Part shown: positions 30,889 through 40,830 of the stretch, piece after piece
Numbering within the stretch: position 1 is the stretch's first letter
Layout: every line of letters begins with the position of its first letter
Virus record (IMG/VR): IMGVR_UViG_3300025141_016306
Location: 18,617 to 82,616 of that record
Source: a virus
Direction: 5' to 3' (one strand)
Length of the DNA stretch: 64,000 bases
Made by a program: the position numbers and the translations under genes
The notes under the pieces: generated by a model
Told to the model about the DNA's origin: nothing
The model's database searches: none
The model's input: the letters and a program-made list of their open reading frames with translations, nothing else

Positions 30889-31896
30889 TCATCGAGACAT
30901 AAAATGATTTTCGTTTTCTACCCTTTTTCTCCAATAGTTTAACAAATCAATCATAGTCTTTTCAAAAGAGATCTGCGGTTCCCATCCTGTATGATGTTTA
31001 AACTTAGACGTATCTGGTACCTGCAAGTCAGCATCTATCGGTCTCAGGCGAGACGGATCCACTTCTACTTTTATTTCCTCAATATTGGCTTGGGAAATAA
31101 GAAAATTTAACATATCTCGTACCGAGCACGTATATTGACCTCCGATATTATAATACTCACCCGCTGTGGGGTTAATTGTAACAAGCATATAATATGCTCT
31201 TACGGCGTCCCGGACATCTGCCCAAGTTCGCAAAGAATCTAAATTTCCTACCTTTATAACTGGGGGCAAAAGGCCCTTTTCTATCATGGCGATTTGTTTA
31301 GCAAAGCTGGACTCCGCAAAAACGTCGCCGCGGCGTGGACCCGTATGGGTGAACATTCGCGTGGTAATCGCTTTAATTCCGTAAGCCTCTCCATAATAAC
31401 GCCCTAGGAGATCCGTTCCTACTTTTGATATAGCATAAGGAGATGCAGGGTGAAATGTGCAATCCTCATCGATGGGAAGCTTATCTTGAGGAACCCTTCC
31501 AAAGACTTCAGAGGAGGCACACACGTGCGCCACTGGGTCGATACCTAAAGTTCTGATAGATTCCAATAGATTGGCTGTGCCGATAATATTAGTTTGTAGG
31601 GTTTCAAGCGGGGCTGAGAAGCTGGTTTTGGGATAGCTTTGCGCGGCTAAATGAAAAATATAATCGGGATTAGCGTCTTTGAGTGCGTGCAGGACCGAGG
31701 CGTAATCGTTTAGATCTCCGTAGGTTAGGTGTATGCGGTCATGATTGTTTATGCGATCAAAAAGATGTTTGATGTTTGAAAAATCATCATTCCATCTACA
31801 AAAACCATAAACGTGCCAATCAGTGTTTTCCAGAAGAAAGTCGGACAAATGTGAACCAACCATCCCCGTAATTCCTGTTATAAAGGCGCTAGTCAT
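30889..31896 (-). CDS. GDP-mannose 4,6-dehydratase / Rmd-like extended SDR
   Basis: FITGITGMVGSHL, HLAAQS, ASSEVFG, SPYAISK, VGNLDS.R, RLRP.D. Confidence 0.8.
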   Translation of the reverse strand: MTSAFITGITGMVGSHLSDFLLENTDWHVYGFCRWNDDFSNIKHLFDRINNHDRIHLTYGDLNDYASVLHALKDANPDYIFHLAAQSYPKTSFSAPLETLQTNIIGTANLLESIRTLGIDPVAHVCASSEVFGRVPQDKLPIDEDCTFHPASPYAISKVGTDLLGRYYGEAYGIKAITTRMFTHTGPRRGDVFAESSFAKQIAMIEKGLLPPVIKVGNLDSLRTWADVRDAVRAYYMLVTINPTAGEYYNIGGQYTCSVRDMLNFLISQANIEEIKVEVDPSRLRPIDADLQVPDTSKFKHHTGWEPQISFEKTMIDLLNYWRKRVENENHFMSR

Positions 31897-32684
31897 TAAG
31901 CAAAATCCTTCGAATCATAACGGCCTAACAACTCTCTTTTGGCCGTCCAGCCGGGCCAAAAGGGCTCACCTTCTCTAATATAGACACTATAAATTGTCCT
32001 TCGCCAGCGCGTCGGGTGAGTGTTTCTATCGGCTTTATGCAACAAAAGGCCGTTAACCACAAGTACGTCTCCGGCCTTATACTCAAGCTGAAGGGTTGGA
32101 AGATCGTCCGACAGGGGGTTTCCGTCGGAATCCGTATAATCGCTCAGTTTGTAAGCGTCTCCGATCGGGGCAATCTGATATCGGTTTCCATCTGCGTCGG
32201 CTGAAAAGTTTGGGGAGGGGGCAAAGGCCAGCATTCCCAACCTATGACTACCAGGAATAACAATAAGAGATCCATTTGTGGAATCGGCGTCGTCGACCAC
32301 CAAGGCCAAATTCAAATAATGGTTCCCGTTGGGGGCCATAGGAGCGAAATTATCTTGATGCCATATCGATCCCAACTCCTTCTCATTGTTAGGTTTGCAA
32401 AAAAATGTGGTGGTTGCGAGTGGAATAGCGCGGCCACCGCAAATGGCGTCCCCTATATCACACATCTTTTTACCTCTATGCGCCTGCTTGATGCTGGCAT
32501 GATGATGCATATCCAGTCGTACAGTAATATTATCGCGGGCATAATGGTCTAAATCTTGGCGGATAATGTCTACTTCATCTTTATTCCACACTCCCGGAAT
32601 TAGTAAGTACCCGTTTTCATTATAAGAGTTTAGCTGTTCTTCAGTAAGAGTGAAGCTGTCCATGTGAGTCTTGAGTTCGGTCAT
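31896..32684 (-). CDS. Phytanoyl-CoA dioxygenase (PhyH) family Fe(II)/2OG oxygenase
   Basis: YNENGYL, WHQD, NGSLIVIPGSH, AGD......LLH...N....R. Confidence 0.85.
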   Translation of the reverse strand: MTELKTHMDSFTLTEEQLNSYNENGYLLIPGVWNKDEVDIIRQDLDHYARDNITVRLDMHHHASIKQAHRGKKMCDIGDAICGGRAIPLATTTFFCKPNNEKELGSIWHQDNFAPMAPNGNHYLNLALVVDDADSTNGSLIVIPGSHRLGMLAFAPSPNFSADADGNRYQIAPIGDAYKLSDYTDSDGNPLSDDLPTLQLEYKAGDVLVVNGLLLHKADRNTHPTRWRRTIYSVYIREGEPFWPGWTAKRELLGRYDSKDFA

Positions 32685-33631
32685 TTAATATTCTCCTTAT
32701 ACCAAGATAATGTATTTTTAATACCACTATCTAAAGAAATTTGAGGGTGCCATTTCAACACCTCTTTTGCCTTCGTGATGTCCACTGCTAATTTAGTTTT
32801 AATAGTTGGTTTGGTTTCGTCATATTTTATTTGCAAATTCTTCCCCGATGCTGTAACAATCGATTGTACAAGATTTGAAATAGATATCGACTCCCCTAGG
32901 CCAACATTTACTAGTTCATACGGGGTTTCTTGTTTCTCAAGAGCGGCTTCTACACACGTAACCAAATCATTAACGTGGAGCAAATCGCGCTCTTCTTCTC
33001 CTGTGCCCCATACAATTACCTCTTTCTCCGCTTCCATCACTTTTACCACTGTGGCGCCAAAAACGTGACCCTTTTTTAAATCATACTTATCGTGAGGGCC
33101 ATAAATGTTAGACTGTCGAAGCACTGTGTGCTTGGTTCTTCCAAAACCTGCGAAAAACTCACACATCTTTTCCAAATAAACTTTTGTGTTTCCAGCACCA
33201 AAATACTTCGGAAGTATGCCAGTAGACTCGTCGAAGTCGGCTTCTCTTACTGGGGAATCGCTCGATTGATACATGATTGTACAACTGGGCATTATAAAAT
33301 GTTCTATCCCTTGCTCGAAAGCCTCTCGCAAAAGTAGAGAGGTCATAACTGCATTATCAGTTACGTGAATATAAGGTTTAGATACAATGTCGGCGGCGCC
33401 TGTGGTAGTTGCTGCGTAATGAAGGATGACATCCACTCCGTCGATGACTCGGGCGACCTCGCTCGCATTTCGCAAATCGGTGACTATCCACTCCACATTT
33501 TCAGGACAGTCACCAGGGTGACAGTTGGTGCGAATTTGATCAACCGCTCTTATGTTATAGGTGGACGCAAAATGCCCCACCAAGTTTCGCCCAATAAAAC
33601 CATTGGCGCCGCATATTAACATCTTTTTCAT
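32681..33631 (-). CDS. NAD-dependent epimerase/reductase (GDP-L-fucose synthase-like)
   Basis: GANGFIG, NIYGPHD, VWGTGEEERDLLHV. Confidence 0.8.
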   Translation of the reverse strand: MKKMLICGANGFIGRNLVGHFASTYNIRAVDQIRTNCHPGDCPENVEWIVTDLRNASEVARVIDGVDVILHYAATTTGAADIVSKPYIHVTDNAVMTSLLLREAFEQGIEHFIMPSCTIMYQSSDSPVREADFDESTGILPKYFGAGNTKVYLEKMCEFFAGFGRTKHTVLRQSNIYGPHDKYDLKKGHVFGATVVKVMEAEKEVIVWGTGEEERDLLHVNDLVTCVEAALEKQETPYELVNVGLGESISISNLVQSIVTASGKNLQIKYDETKPTIKTKLAVDITKAKEVLKWHPQISLDSGIKNTLSWYKENIK

Positions 33632-34209
33632 TGAAGTCTCCCATCCAGTATCAATTCGGATTCATTTAGACTATATGCTTTGTAGATCTCATTAACTACC
33701 ATATCAACATCCATTGCATTCTCTCTATCGGGCGTTGTTTTTATATTAGTGGGGTAAACGTCCATGATAGACAACGAAGGGTTTTCTTTTTTTAAACTAT
33801 TAGAAAAACCTCGCAGCCCCCACTTTGTTGCAGAATATAAAGTTCGAGGCTGTTTAACCTCCAAACCGACCATTGAATTTATATTTATTATCCCTTTCAA
33901 GTAGGGTAGCAGATAATGTGTAAGCAATATCGGAGCCTTTAGATTCACTTCTATCATATCACATATTTGCGCAATTGTATAATTATTTAATGTAATATTT
34001 GGACAAACAATGGCAGCGTTATTTACCAATACCTCGACCCCCTCGCTAATAGCTTCAAAGGCCAAATTTTTAACTCCTTGCACTCGGGCTAGATTATGAT
34101 GTTTGTGTCCATTGTGGCGTAAAACAGGATGTCCGCTTTCCTCAAACTTTTTTGCCAAGTGGATACCAAGACCCGATGACGCGCCTGTTATTAAAACCTT
34201 GGGTTTCAT
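33628..34209 (-). CDS. Short-chain dehydrogenase/reductase
   Basis: ITGASSGLG, LVNNAA, YSATK. Confidence 0.85.
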   Translation of the reverse strand: MKPKVLITGASSGLGIHLAKKFEESGHPVLRHNGHKHHNLARVQGVKNLAFEAISEGVEVLVNNAAIVCPNITLNNYTIAQICDMIEVNLKAPILLTHYLLPYLKGIININSMVGLEVKQPRTLYSATKWGLRGFSNSLKKENPSLSIMDVYPTNIKTTPDRENAMDVDMVVNEIYKAYSLNESELILDGRLQ

Positions 34210-34219
34210 TATAAATTAC

Positions 34220-35104
34220 CTATTGTCCTTTTATGGTAGCCATATGGTGCTCCGGGGCAAACTTGCCAACACCGCGAGGCTCATCCATAATATCTTTGTA
34301 ATGATGAAATATCTGAGTTGCTACTTTTCGTGCTACTGGTTTGATGATAGCAAAATCTTCCTTTCGCGCCCATTGAGCAAAATATTGATCGCGGTTCATA
34401 CCGTTCACTAGGACTTTAACTGTATTATTATCGTTGCTTAGGTCTTTATAGTGTACTCCGGCCTCCATCAGACGTGAATAGCCATAAATGCGACTCAAAA
34501 TATGAGCCAAAGCAGCACAAATAAAGACGTGATCTGGTCCTTTCCAGTTCTCGTCATACAGATCTTTAAGAGCCATTCTCCACTTTTTCGTGCAGATGGG
34601 GAGCATCTCATGATAATGATAGATAAGGAAAGCAGGATCACTCTCAAGGGGTTTTAAGTGGCCATCGAACGGGTGTCGGCCAATGCGAAACTGCGTGGTG
34701 AGGGCATTCAGATTGCGCCCAACAGGGTTAGTTGTGAACAAGGTAAAGAAGCCGTCGTCATAGACTCCCTTTTTACTCAATATTGCAGCGTCCCAGCCTT
34801 TGGCGAGACCCCAGAAATCGTCACACAGGCACCAATTAAAATAATAATTACTCTGCTCGATAAAATCAAACTGCAGTTGGGTGATTCCAGGCGAATTGGG
34901 GCCGCCATGAGCAGGATGCTGGTATATAATGTCGGGATATTTTTCCATCACTTCGCCATATAATTCCAATTGATCGTCGTCTATGATCGCCAATATATCA
35001 AAATTATCTTTGGAATCCGCCGTTGTATAAAGCATGTTAATAGTTTCGTCGAATTTTTCTGGGTTGTCGCGTGTGGGCAACAAAAGTATTAGATCTTTAC
35101 TCAT
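34220..35104 (-). CDS. Putative GT-A fold glycosyltransferase / hypothetical protein
   Basis: LLLPTR...IIDDD...CDD pattern resembles a GT2-like N-terminus with DxD; lies within the sugar cluster. Confidence 0.5.
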   Translation of the reverse strand: MSKDLILLLPTRDNPEKFDETINMLYTTADSKDNFDILAIIDDDQLELYGEVMEKYPDIIYQHPAHGGPNSPGITQLQFDFIEQSNYYFNWCLCDDFWGLAKGWDAAILSKKGVYDDGFFTLFTTNPVGRNLNALTTQFRIGRHPFDGHLKPLESDPAFLIYHYHEMLPICTKKWRMALKDLYDENWKGPDHVFICAALAHILSRIYGYSRLMEAGVHYKDLSNDNNTVKVLVNGMNRDQYFAQWARKEDFAIIKPVARKVATQIFHHYKDIMDEPRGVGKFAPEHHMATIKGQ

Positions 35105-35105
35105 A

Positions 35106-36083
35106 TTAGATTGCTCCTTTTAGGGCCTTGAAAACGTCCTTAGAGGTGTTGGCCACCTCTTGGTTCTCAAGATACCACTCAATGGTATTTTTAATGCCCT
35201 CTTCTATCGATATTTGGGGTTTAAAGCCCAGTTTATCGGCGCGGGACATGTCGAATACTCGTCTCGCGTCGCCTGTGGGCTTGCTTGTGTCCCACTCGAT
35301 GGGTATATTTGCGGCATGGGCGATGGTTTCCGCGATTCTTTTGATAGAAATTTCGTCCCCAGAACCCAAATTAAGGGGCTCGGTGATTTTATTTTCTACT
35401 ACGAACAGCATTCCGCGAGCGACATCTTTGGCATGGATGAAATCGCGGATGGCAGATCCGTCGCCCCAGACCTCAAGCTTGCCATTGGTGAAAGCTTTGC
35501 GTATCAGAGAGGGAATAACCATGGCGCTGTCGGGATCAAATGTATCATGTGGGCCATAAACGTTGGCTGGTCTTACAATACTGCATTTTCCTTGTCCATA
35601 TTGTCGTTCGTAGGCCTGGCATTGAAGTTCTCCCATGCGTTTGGCCCATCCGCCAAACCAATCGTTTTTTGATGGTTGTGTTTTCCACACATCGTCTTCA
35701 CGAAGGACTTCTGCGGGTTCATATACTCCTACGGTGCTTGTATAGAGGTACCACTCGACATTCTGCTTCATCGCAGCTTCAAGCATATTGGTGTTGAATT
35801 GCAGCATTGGGCCCATAATGCTCGCTGGTTCTTCGATACAGACGCGAGGAGAGCATTTGATGCCCACCAAATTGAAAACAAAGTCAATATTTTCGCACAC
35901 TTGTAGGCACGAATCGTAGCTGCGCAGATCGACCTCGTGAAAAAGAATTTTATCCGACATGCCCGTGGGCTTTTTAATATCTGCCACGTGAACGATGGCG
36001 TTTCTCTCAAGAAGCAACGCTACAAGCTGACGTCCAATCATCCCTGCTCCGCCTGTTACTAACACATTTTTATTTTCAAACAT
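35106..36083 (-). CDS. NAD-dependent epimerase/reductase (GDP-L-fucose/colitose synthase-like)
   Basis: VTGGAGMIG, RPANVYGP.D, VIPSLI, VWGDGS..RDFIH; directly downstream of the ColD-like gene. Confidence 0.8.
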   Translation of the reverse strand: MFENKNVLVTGGAGMIGRQLVALLLERNAIVHVADIKKPTGMSDKILFHEVDLRSYDSCLQVCENIDFVFNLVGIKCSPRVCIEEPASIMGPMLQFNTNMLEAAMKQNVEWYLYTSTVGVYEPAEVLREDDVWKTQPSKNDWFGGWAKRMGELQCQAYERQYGQGKCSIVRPANVYGPHDTFDPDSAMVIPSLIRKAFTNGKLEVWGDGSAIRDFIHAKDVARGMLFVVENKITEPLNLGSGDEISIKRIAETIAHAANIPIEWDTSKPTGDARRVFDMSRADKLGFKPQISIEEGIKNTIEWYLENQEVANTSKDVFKALKGAI

Positions 36084-37239
36084 CGTTTAAACCTCTGCAA
36101 AGCGCAACTATTTGCTCTTTGCTTAATTCTGTGTGATTACCAATATATAGACTATTCTCGTGTATATAGTCTGCGTTGGCTAGGTCGTCGGCCTGTCTAA
36201 AAGAATACTTTTTCAAATAAGGCTGGCGCGCCTGGTTTCCTCCGCCGGCGGTACCTAATCTATATTCTACACCTTCTGTCTCCAAAAAGTTGCATATGTT
36301 AGAAAGAGCCATTGCGTCTGGTTTTGCTAAAATCAAAGGGAGGGCGAAATTGCTATTCCCCTTTGTGTCGAAAGCCGTAAAATACTTTTCACTATCCAGA
36401 TTGTCGAGCCAAACAGCCAGATTTTCTTTTCTACAATCGATATTAAAATCAAGCCTGTGCATTTGCTGGAGTCCCAATACTGCATTTAACTCCGTGCTTC
36501 TCATATTATAGCCGGGAACGCCGAAAGTAAACATAGGGTTGAGGCCTTCTTCATAATAATGGTCATGGGTTTCTTGCGACACTTCACGCGTCATACCATG
36601 AGAGCGGAAAAGCTTGGCGAGTTGGTATATCTCGTAATTATCTGTGCATACCATTCCACCTTCGATGGTGGTTATGTGGTGCCCAAAATAAAAGGAGAAG
36701 CAAGACATGTCTCCCCAGCTACCCACGCGGTCTTCCTTGAAGATGGCGCCATGGGACTCACAGCAATCTTCTATAAGCAATAAATTATGAGTTAGCGCAA
36801 GCTGAATTATTTTTTCATTTAACCCATTAAAACCCAAACAATGAACCAGCACGATAGCTTTGGTTTCTTCGGTAATGGCATTTTTAATATTTTCATACGC
36901 AATGGACATATTGCTTTTGTCTACGTCCACGAAAACCGGTGTCAACCCTGTATTGATGACGGACGCTACATCGGATACCCACCCGATGGGGGGTACAATA
37001 ACTTCCCCCTGTTGTCCTTTTAGTTCGCGAGTGATGGCCATTGTTATATAATTTGCGGAGGCACCAGAATTAACAAAGACGCTATGCTTAACGCCCAACC
37101 ATTCAGACCATTTTTTTTCAAATTCTCGAACTCTTTCTCCTTGTGTAAGACGAACATTCGGAATCTTTAAAAAATCAATTAAGGCATTTTTATCTTCGGC
37201 TGTAATGTTATCATTTATTAAAGGCCACTTAAATGTCAT
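36076..37239 (-). CDS. DegT/DnrJ-family PLP enzyme, ColD-like 4-keto-6-deoxyhexose 3-dehydratase
   Basis: VNSGASAN, LIEDCCESHGA, FSFYFGHHITTIEGG with His at the usual Schiff-base Lys position; start set at ATG 37239. Confidence 0.8.
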   Translation of the reverse strand: MTFKWPLINDNITAEDKNALIDFLKIPNVRLTQGERVREFEKKWSEWLGVKHSVFVNSGASANYITMAITRELKGQQGEVIVPPIGWVSDVASVINTGLTPVFVDVDKSNMSIAYENIKNAITEETKAIVLVHCLGFNGLNEKIIQLALTHNLLLIEDCCESHGAIFKEDRVGSWGDMSCFSFYFGHHITTIEGGMVCTDNYEIYQLAKLFRSHGMTREVSQETHDHYYEEGLNPMFTFGVPGYNMRSTELNAVLGLQQMHRLDFNIDCRKENLAVWLDNLDSEKYFTAFDTKGNSNFALPLILAKPDAMALSNICNFLETEGVEYRLGTAGGGNQARQPYLKKYSFRQADDLANADYIHENSLYIGNHTELSKEQIVALCRGLNDV

Positions 37240-37240
37240 A

Positions 37241-37750
37241 TCATTTATCTCTTTTCTGTAGGGTTGGGTTGTCTGTTGGCCAGTCAATGTTTAAATTCTC
37301 ATCATTCCATTTTAAAGTAAACTGGTCTTCAACATCCGGGTATGATCCTTCGTACAACCACTTATAATAAAAAACAGCATCATCGCTCATGACATAAAAA
37401 CCGTTTCCATATCCCGGTGGAACCAACACCATTTTTCTGTTTTTTGATGTCAGCATTGTCCAATCCCAGTGATTGTATGTGGATGAATTTTTTCTATTGT
37501 CAACAACTACAAAATATATTTCTCCATGGAGGCATGTCACTAACTTTGTAGACTTAAAGTCGCCGTGAATTCCTCGAAGAACATGCTTTCTAGAAGTCGA
37601 AACTTTATCATGGTTAAAATTTATTTCTTTGAAAACTTTTCCCTTCTCCCACAGAGTCCACAAGTCTCCCCTATAGTCAGAATAACAATCTGGTGACAGA
37701 ATTTTAACCTCAGAAAATTTCATGCTTTGTATAACATTGCTGGAATTCAT
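37241..37750 (-). CDS. rmlC: dTDP-4-dehydrorhamnose 3,5-epimerase family protein (copy 1)
   Basis: D.RG, S.S...VLRGIH, KLVTC..GEI..V.VD.R..S.T, VPPGYGNGF. Confidence 0.82.
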   Translation of the reverse strand: MNSSNVIQSMKFSEVKILSPDCYSDYRGDLWTLWEKGKVFKEINFNHDKVSTSRKHVLRGIHGDFKSTKLVTCLHGEIYFVVVDNRKNSSTYNHWDWTMLTSKNRKMVLVPPGYGNGFYVMSDDAVFYYKWLYEGSYPDVEDQFTLKWNDENLNIDWPTDNPTLQKRDK

Positions 37751-39093
37751 TAGCCGTTTTCCTCGTCACTATAACCTACCGGGCCGTATCCATGACTCTT
37801 AACAAGATCTTGAAGCTTTAAATAGTTGTTGATGATTACTTCACTTTTTTCTCCCTTTCCCCAGGGAGTATTTTCATCATATTCAAAGGTCAGTGTGGGT
37901 AGCTCTTCTTCGTATCTACTATACATGTGCATCGTGTTTTCCCATGATGTTTTAACCTCTTTGATTCCGAATTTTTTTGGATTATCATAAACAGGAGTGC
38001 CTGGGCGGACCGTAAAAAGTGATAAATAAACAGCATCCGGACCGGTCTCTTGTATAAAATCCCAAGTTTTATCAACAATGTCAGTAGGTTCTCCAGGTAG
38101 GCCCAGAATCATATAAATTCGTGTTTCAATTCCAGCTTTTTTAAGAAGTTTTATACTTTTCCTTGCTCTCTCAACTTTGATTTTTTTATTAATAATGTCC
38201 AGCGATTGCTGAGAAACACTCTCAACACCCATGCACATTATAATACAGCCGGCGTCTTTAGACAGGCTGGCTATCTCTGGCGTGACCGAATCAACACGAC
38301 ACTGTGCCTTCCAGACCACCCCGGTACTTCCTATCGCCTCTAAGTGAGGTATGGCTTTGCTTTTTTTGAGAGGCATACAAATTTCATCTACCATACTGAT
38401 TCCACACACACCATACTCTCGCTTAAGATACTCAATCTCCTCTTTAATGAGTTCCGGGGATCGAAATCTTATACCCGGACTGAATTGTTTTGATGCCGGC
38501 ATTGCGCAAAATGAACAGCTGTACGGACACCCACGACTAAACATTGTAGTTGTTCCTACGATCTTGTCGTATCCGGGAGTATTCTTTAATGTTAATAATC
38601 CTGGTCTAGCTATTGTTAATTTTGGCAAATATTTTCGAAGAGGATACGGATGATCGTTAATGTTCGTGCTTTTGCTAATATACCTTTTTTTTAACTTTGA
38701 ATCGCGAATATCTTCAATAACCTGGATGATTGATTGTTCTCCATCACCTAACACAATTGCATCAAAAACCTCTAGTGTCTTCTCTTGAAAAGCTGTTGCA
38801 TGCGGACCCCCTGCAATATGAAGTGCTGTCGGGTACCTCTGTTTCAATTGCTCAACAATTGACTCTTGTTCATAGAGGTCTAGGGTATAAAGAGAATGAA
38901 GATAAACATCACATTCTTGAATATGATAAATTGCAAATCTTTTTTTTATGCCCCTTAAATCTATTAAGGATACATCAACCTCAGAACCGAAATGAGATTC
39001 AAGAATTGTGAGTATTTGAAAATGTGTGTGTGGATCTCCCCGGAAGGGATCATGTAAATACTCACTACTTGGAAAAATAAATCCAATTTTCAT
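37750..39093 (-). CDS. B12-binding domain radical SAM protein
   Basis: IAGGPHAT...GDGE (cobalamin-binding domain), SRGCPYSCSFC (CxxxCxxC), MGVES, ILGLPGE, RPGT. Confidence 0.88.
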   Translation of the reverse strand: MKIGFIFPSSEYLHDPFRGDPHTHFQILTILESHFGSEVDVSLIDLRGIKKRFAIYHIQECDVYLHSLYTLDLYEQESIVEQLKQRYPTALHIAGGPHATAFQEKTLEVFDAIVLGDGEQSIIQVIEDIRDSKLKKRYISKSTNINDHPYPLRKYLPKLTIARPGLLTLKNTPGYDKIVGTTTMFSRGCPYSCSFCAMPASKQFSPGIRFRSPELIKEEIEYLKREYGVCGISMVDEICMPLKKSKAIPHLEAIGSTGVVWKAQCRVDSVTPEIASLSKDAGCIIMCMGVESVSQQSLDIINKKIKVERARKSIKLLKKAGIETRIYMILGLPGEPTDIVDKTWDFIQETGPDAVYLSLFTVRPGTPVYDNPKKFGIKEVKTSWENTMHMYSRYEEELPTLTFEYDENTPWGKGEKSEVIINNYLKLQDLVKSHGYGPVGYSDEENG

Positions 39094-39106
39094 TTTTATT
39101 TCCTCT

Positions 39107-40018
39107 TTATTGTGTCGACGAGCAGCATTCCCTTACTTTCTTTACTATCTCCGACGCAGAAGGTGGCAAGTTATCTACTCTCGGATGAAAGCCGGCTGTT
39201 CGATGTTTCAGTGCCATTGTGTGAATCGGTTTATTAGATTTCAGCATGATGCGATGTGCTATGCTGCTAGCAGCACCTTCCTCATAGTCATCATCTAATA
39301 CAATTCCTCCAAATTTAGAAGATTTTAATGCTGTCAAAGACTCTTCACTCAAGTTAAAGGGCTTGATCCACAAAATATGATCCACATTTACCCTATAACC
39401 CTCTGACTCTAAAGATCTGCAGGCTTCTTCTGCAGCAAACCTAGTAATAGATATCGGAAACAAAGTGATGTCTGATTCTTCATGAAACGTATTCGGTAAT
39501 TCTTCAGTGTTGTCATAGCTCTTTCGGTGTTCTGAGATGTAATAAACACAGTCGTCTTTCATGAAACTGTTATAAACACTTCTGTATTCTTCTGGTGTCA
39601 TTGGAGCTGCTATCTTGACTCCCGGCATTCTTTGATAAATTGAGTGGTGGGAAGAGCCGGCCACCGGGCCGATACCGCCTTCCATGGCGATACTTCTAAC
39701 CATGAGGGGACATGGGCGTTGCCAAATCTCTTGTGATTTCATGGCGTAATTGGCGATAATGGGCGAATTATACCATTGGAATCCTTGATATCTAACGACA
39801 TAAATTGGTCGTTCGCCAGCTAGCGCTAAACCGGTGACAATACCTCCGCCTGCAACATCTGCCATTGAAAGTTCAACCATGCCATCTTCTTCATAGAGTT
39901 CAGGAAGGGTTCCACCAACCCAGCCGACGGCTGTGAGACATTGGCCAAAGCAACGGCTGCCGTTCGCAAGGTGGGTGCGAGTTATTTCTTTTATTGTGTC
40001 TCTAACTGTTTTTGCCAT
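39107..40018 (-). CDS. TPP-dependent dehydrogenase E1 beta / transketolase C-terminal-like subunit
   Basis: GLALAGERP, HHS, PGVKIAAP.TP; paired with the E1-alpha gene. Confidence 0.75.
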   Translation of the reverse strand: MAKTVRDTIKEITRTHLANGSRCFGQCLTAVGWVGGTLPELYEEDGMVELSMADVAGGGIVTGLALAGERPIYVVRYQGFQWYNSPIIANYAMKSQEIWQRPCPLMVRSIAMEGGIGPVAGSSHHSIYQRMPGVKIAAPMTPEEYRSVYNSFMKDDCVYYISEHRKSYDNTEELPNTFHEESDITLFPISITRFAAEEACRSLESEGYRVNVDHILWIKPFNLSEESLTALKSSKFGGIVLDDDYEEGAASSIAHRIMLKSNKPIHTMALKHRTAGFHPRVDNLPPSASEIVKKVRECCSSTQ

Positions 40019-40830
40019 ATCTCTTCTACTTTTTGCTTCGTTTGTTTATCAATCGCGCTGGCCTCTTCGCCTAAATCATCCATTTCTACCTGATATCTGT
40101 CAAAAATGTTCTCGTCGTCGATTCCCGCACCCGAATGCCAAAATTTTCTATGCGTGTTCACATTCAACAGAACAGGGCCATCAGAGAATGGATTTTTCAG
40201 GAAAGATGCCAACTCCAGCGGATCATCGCTGGTGTCAAAACCTTTCATTTTAAACCCCTTCGCCACGTCGGGCAATTCCCAATTGCGCCGCATCTTCTTT
40301 TCGGTTAAAATGGAAAGATTGTTATCCTCCACCACAAAGATCATTGGAAGATTTTTGGTGGAAGCCCAGCCTAGGGCGCCGAACACGTAGTCTTCTTCGG
40401 CAGATGCGTCTCCCAAATGCACAATAGTGGGGTGTTGGGTACTGTAACAATGGCCAACGGCGATTGGGGCTTGAGAGCCCATGAGGCCGTCATGACCAAA
40501 TATATTTTTTTCTTTGGAGTGAATCGAAGCGGATCCGCCCATCCCGTAAGCGCAGCCTGTAGAGCGCCCAAGCAACTCGTCTACAAGCGCTTCAGGCGGT
40601 GCGTCATAAGATAAATATGTCGAGTGGCCGCGGTGTTGAATAAAGATATTGGGGTTAATTTTTTTCTGGTGTAGCACCTGGGCTATAGTCGCAGAAATAT
40701 ACTCTTGACCCGCAGAGAGGTAGATAGGAAACTTAAACATTTTACTCTGAATTCCGTTAAATACATATTGTTCAAAATTTCGACACAATGACGCCCTTTT
40801 GAAAACGTTTATTCTAAAATCCCTGCTCAT
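39991..40830 (-). CDS. TPP-dependent dehydrogenase E1 alpha-like subunit
   Basis: YLSAGQE, HRGH, G.GGS..I, TPP motif GDAS...(x~24)...DNN, HSG. Confidence 0.85.
   Translation of the reverse strand: MSRDFRINVFKRASLCRNFEQYVFNGIQSKMFKFPIYLSAGQEYISATIAQVLHQKKINPNIFIQHRGHSTYLSYDAPPEALVDELLGRSTGCAYGMGGSASIHSKEKNIFGHDGLMGSQAPIAVGHCYSTQHPTIVHLGDASAEEDYVFGALGWASTKNLPMIFVVEDNNLSILTEKKMRRNWELPDVAKGFKMKGFDTSDDPLELASFLKNPFSDGPVLLNVNTHRKFWHSGAGIDDENIFDRYQVEMDDLGEEASAIDKQTKQKVEEIWQKQLETQ

Noticed and set aside
39107-40830. A true pyruvate dehydrogenase complex as an auxiliary metabolic module
   Set aside because: No E2/E3 genes, short subunits and a sugar-cluster context
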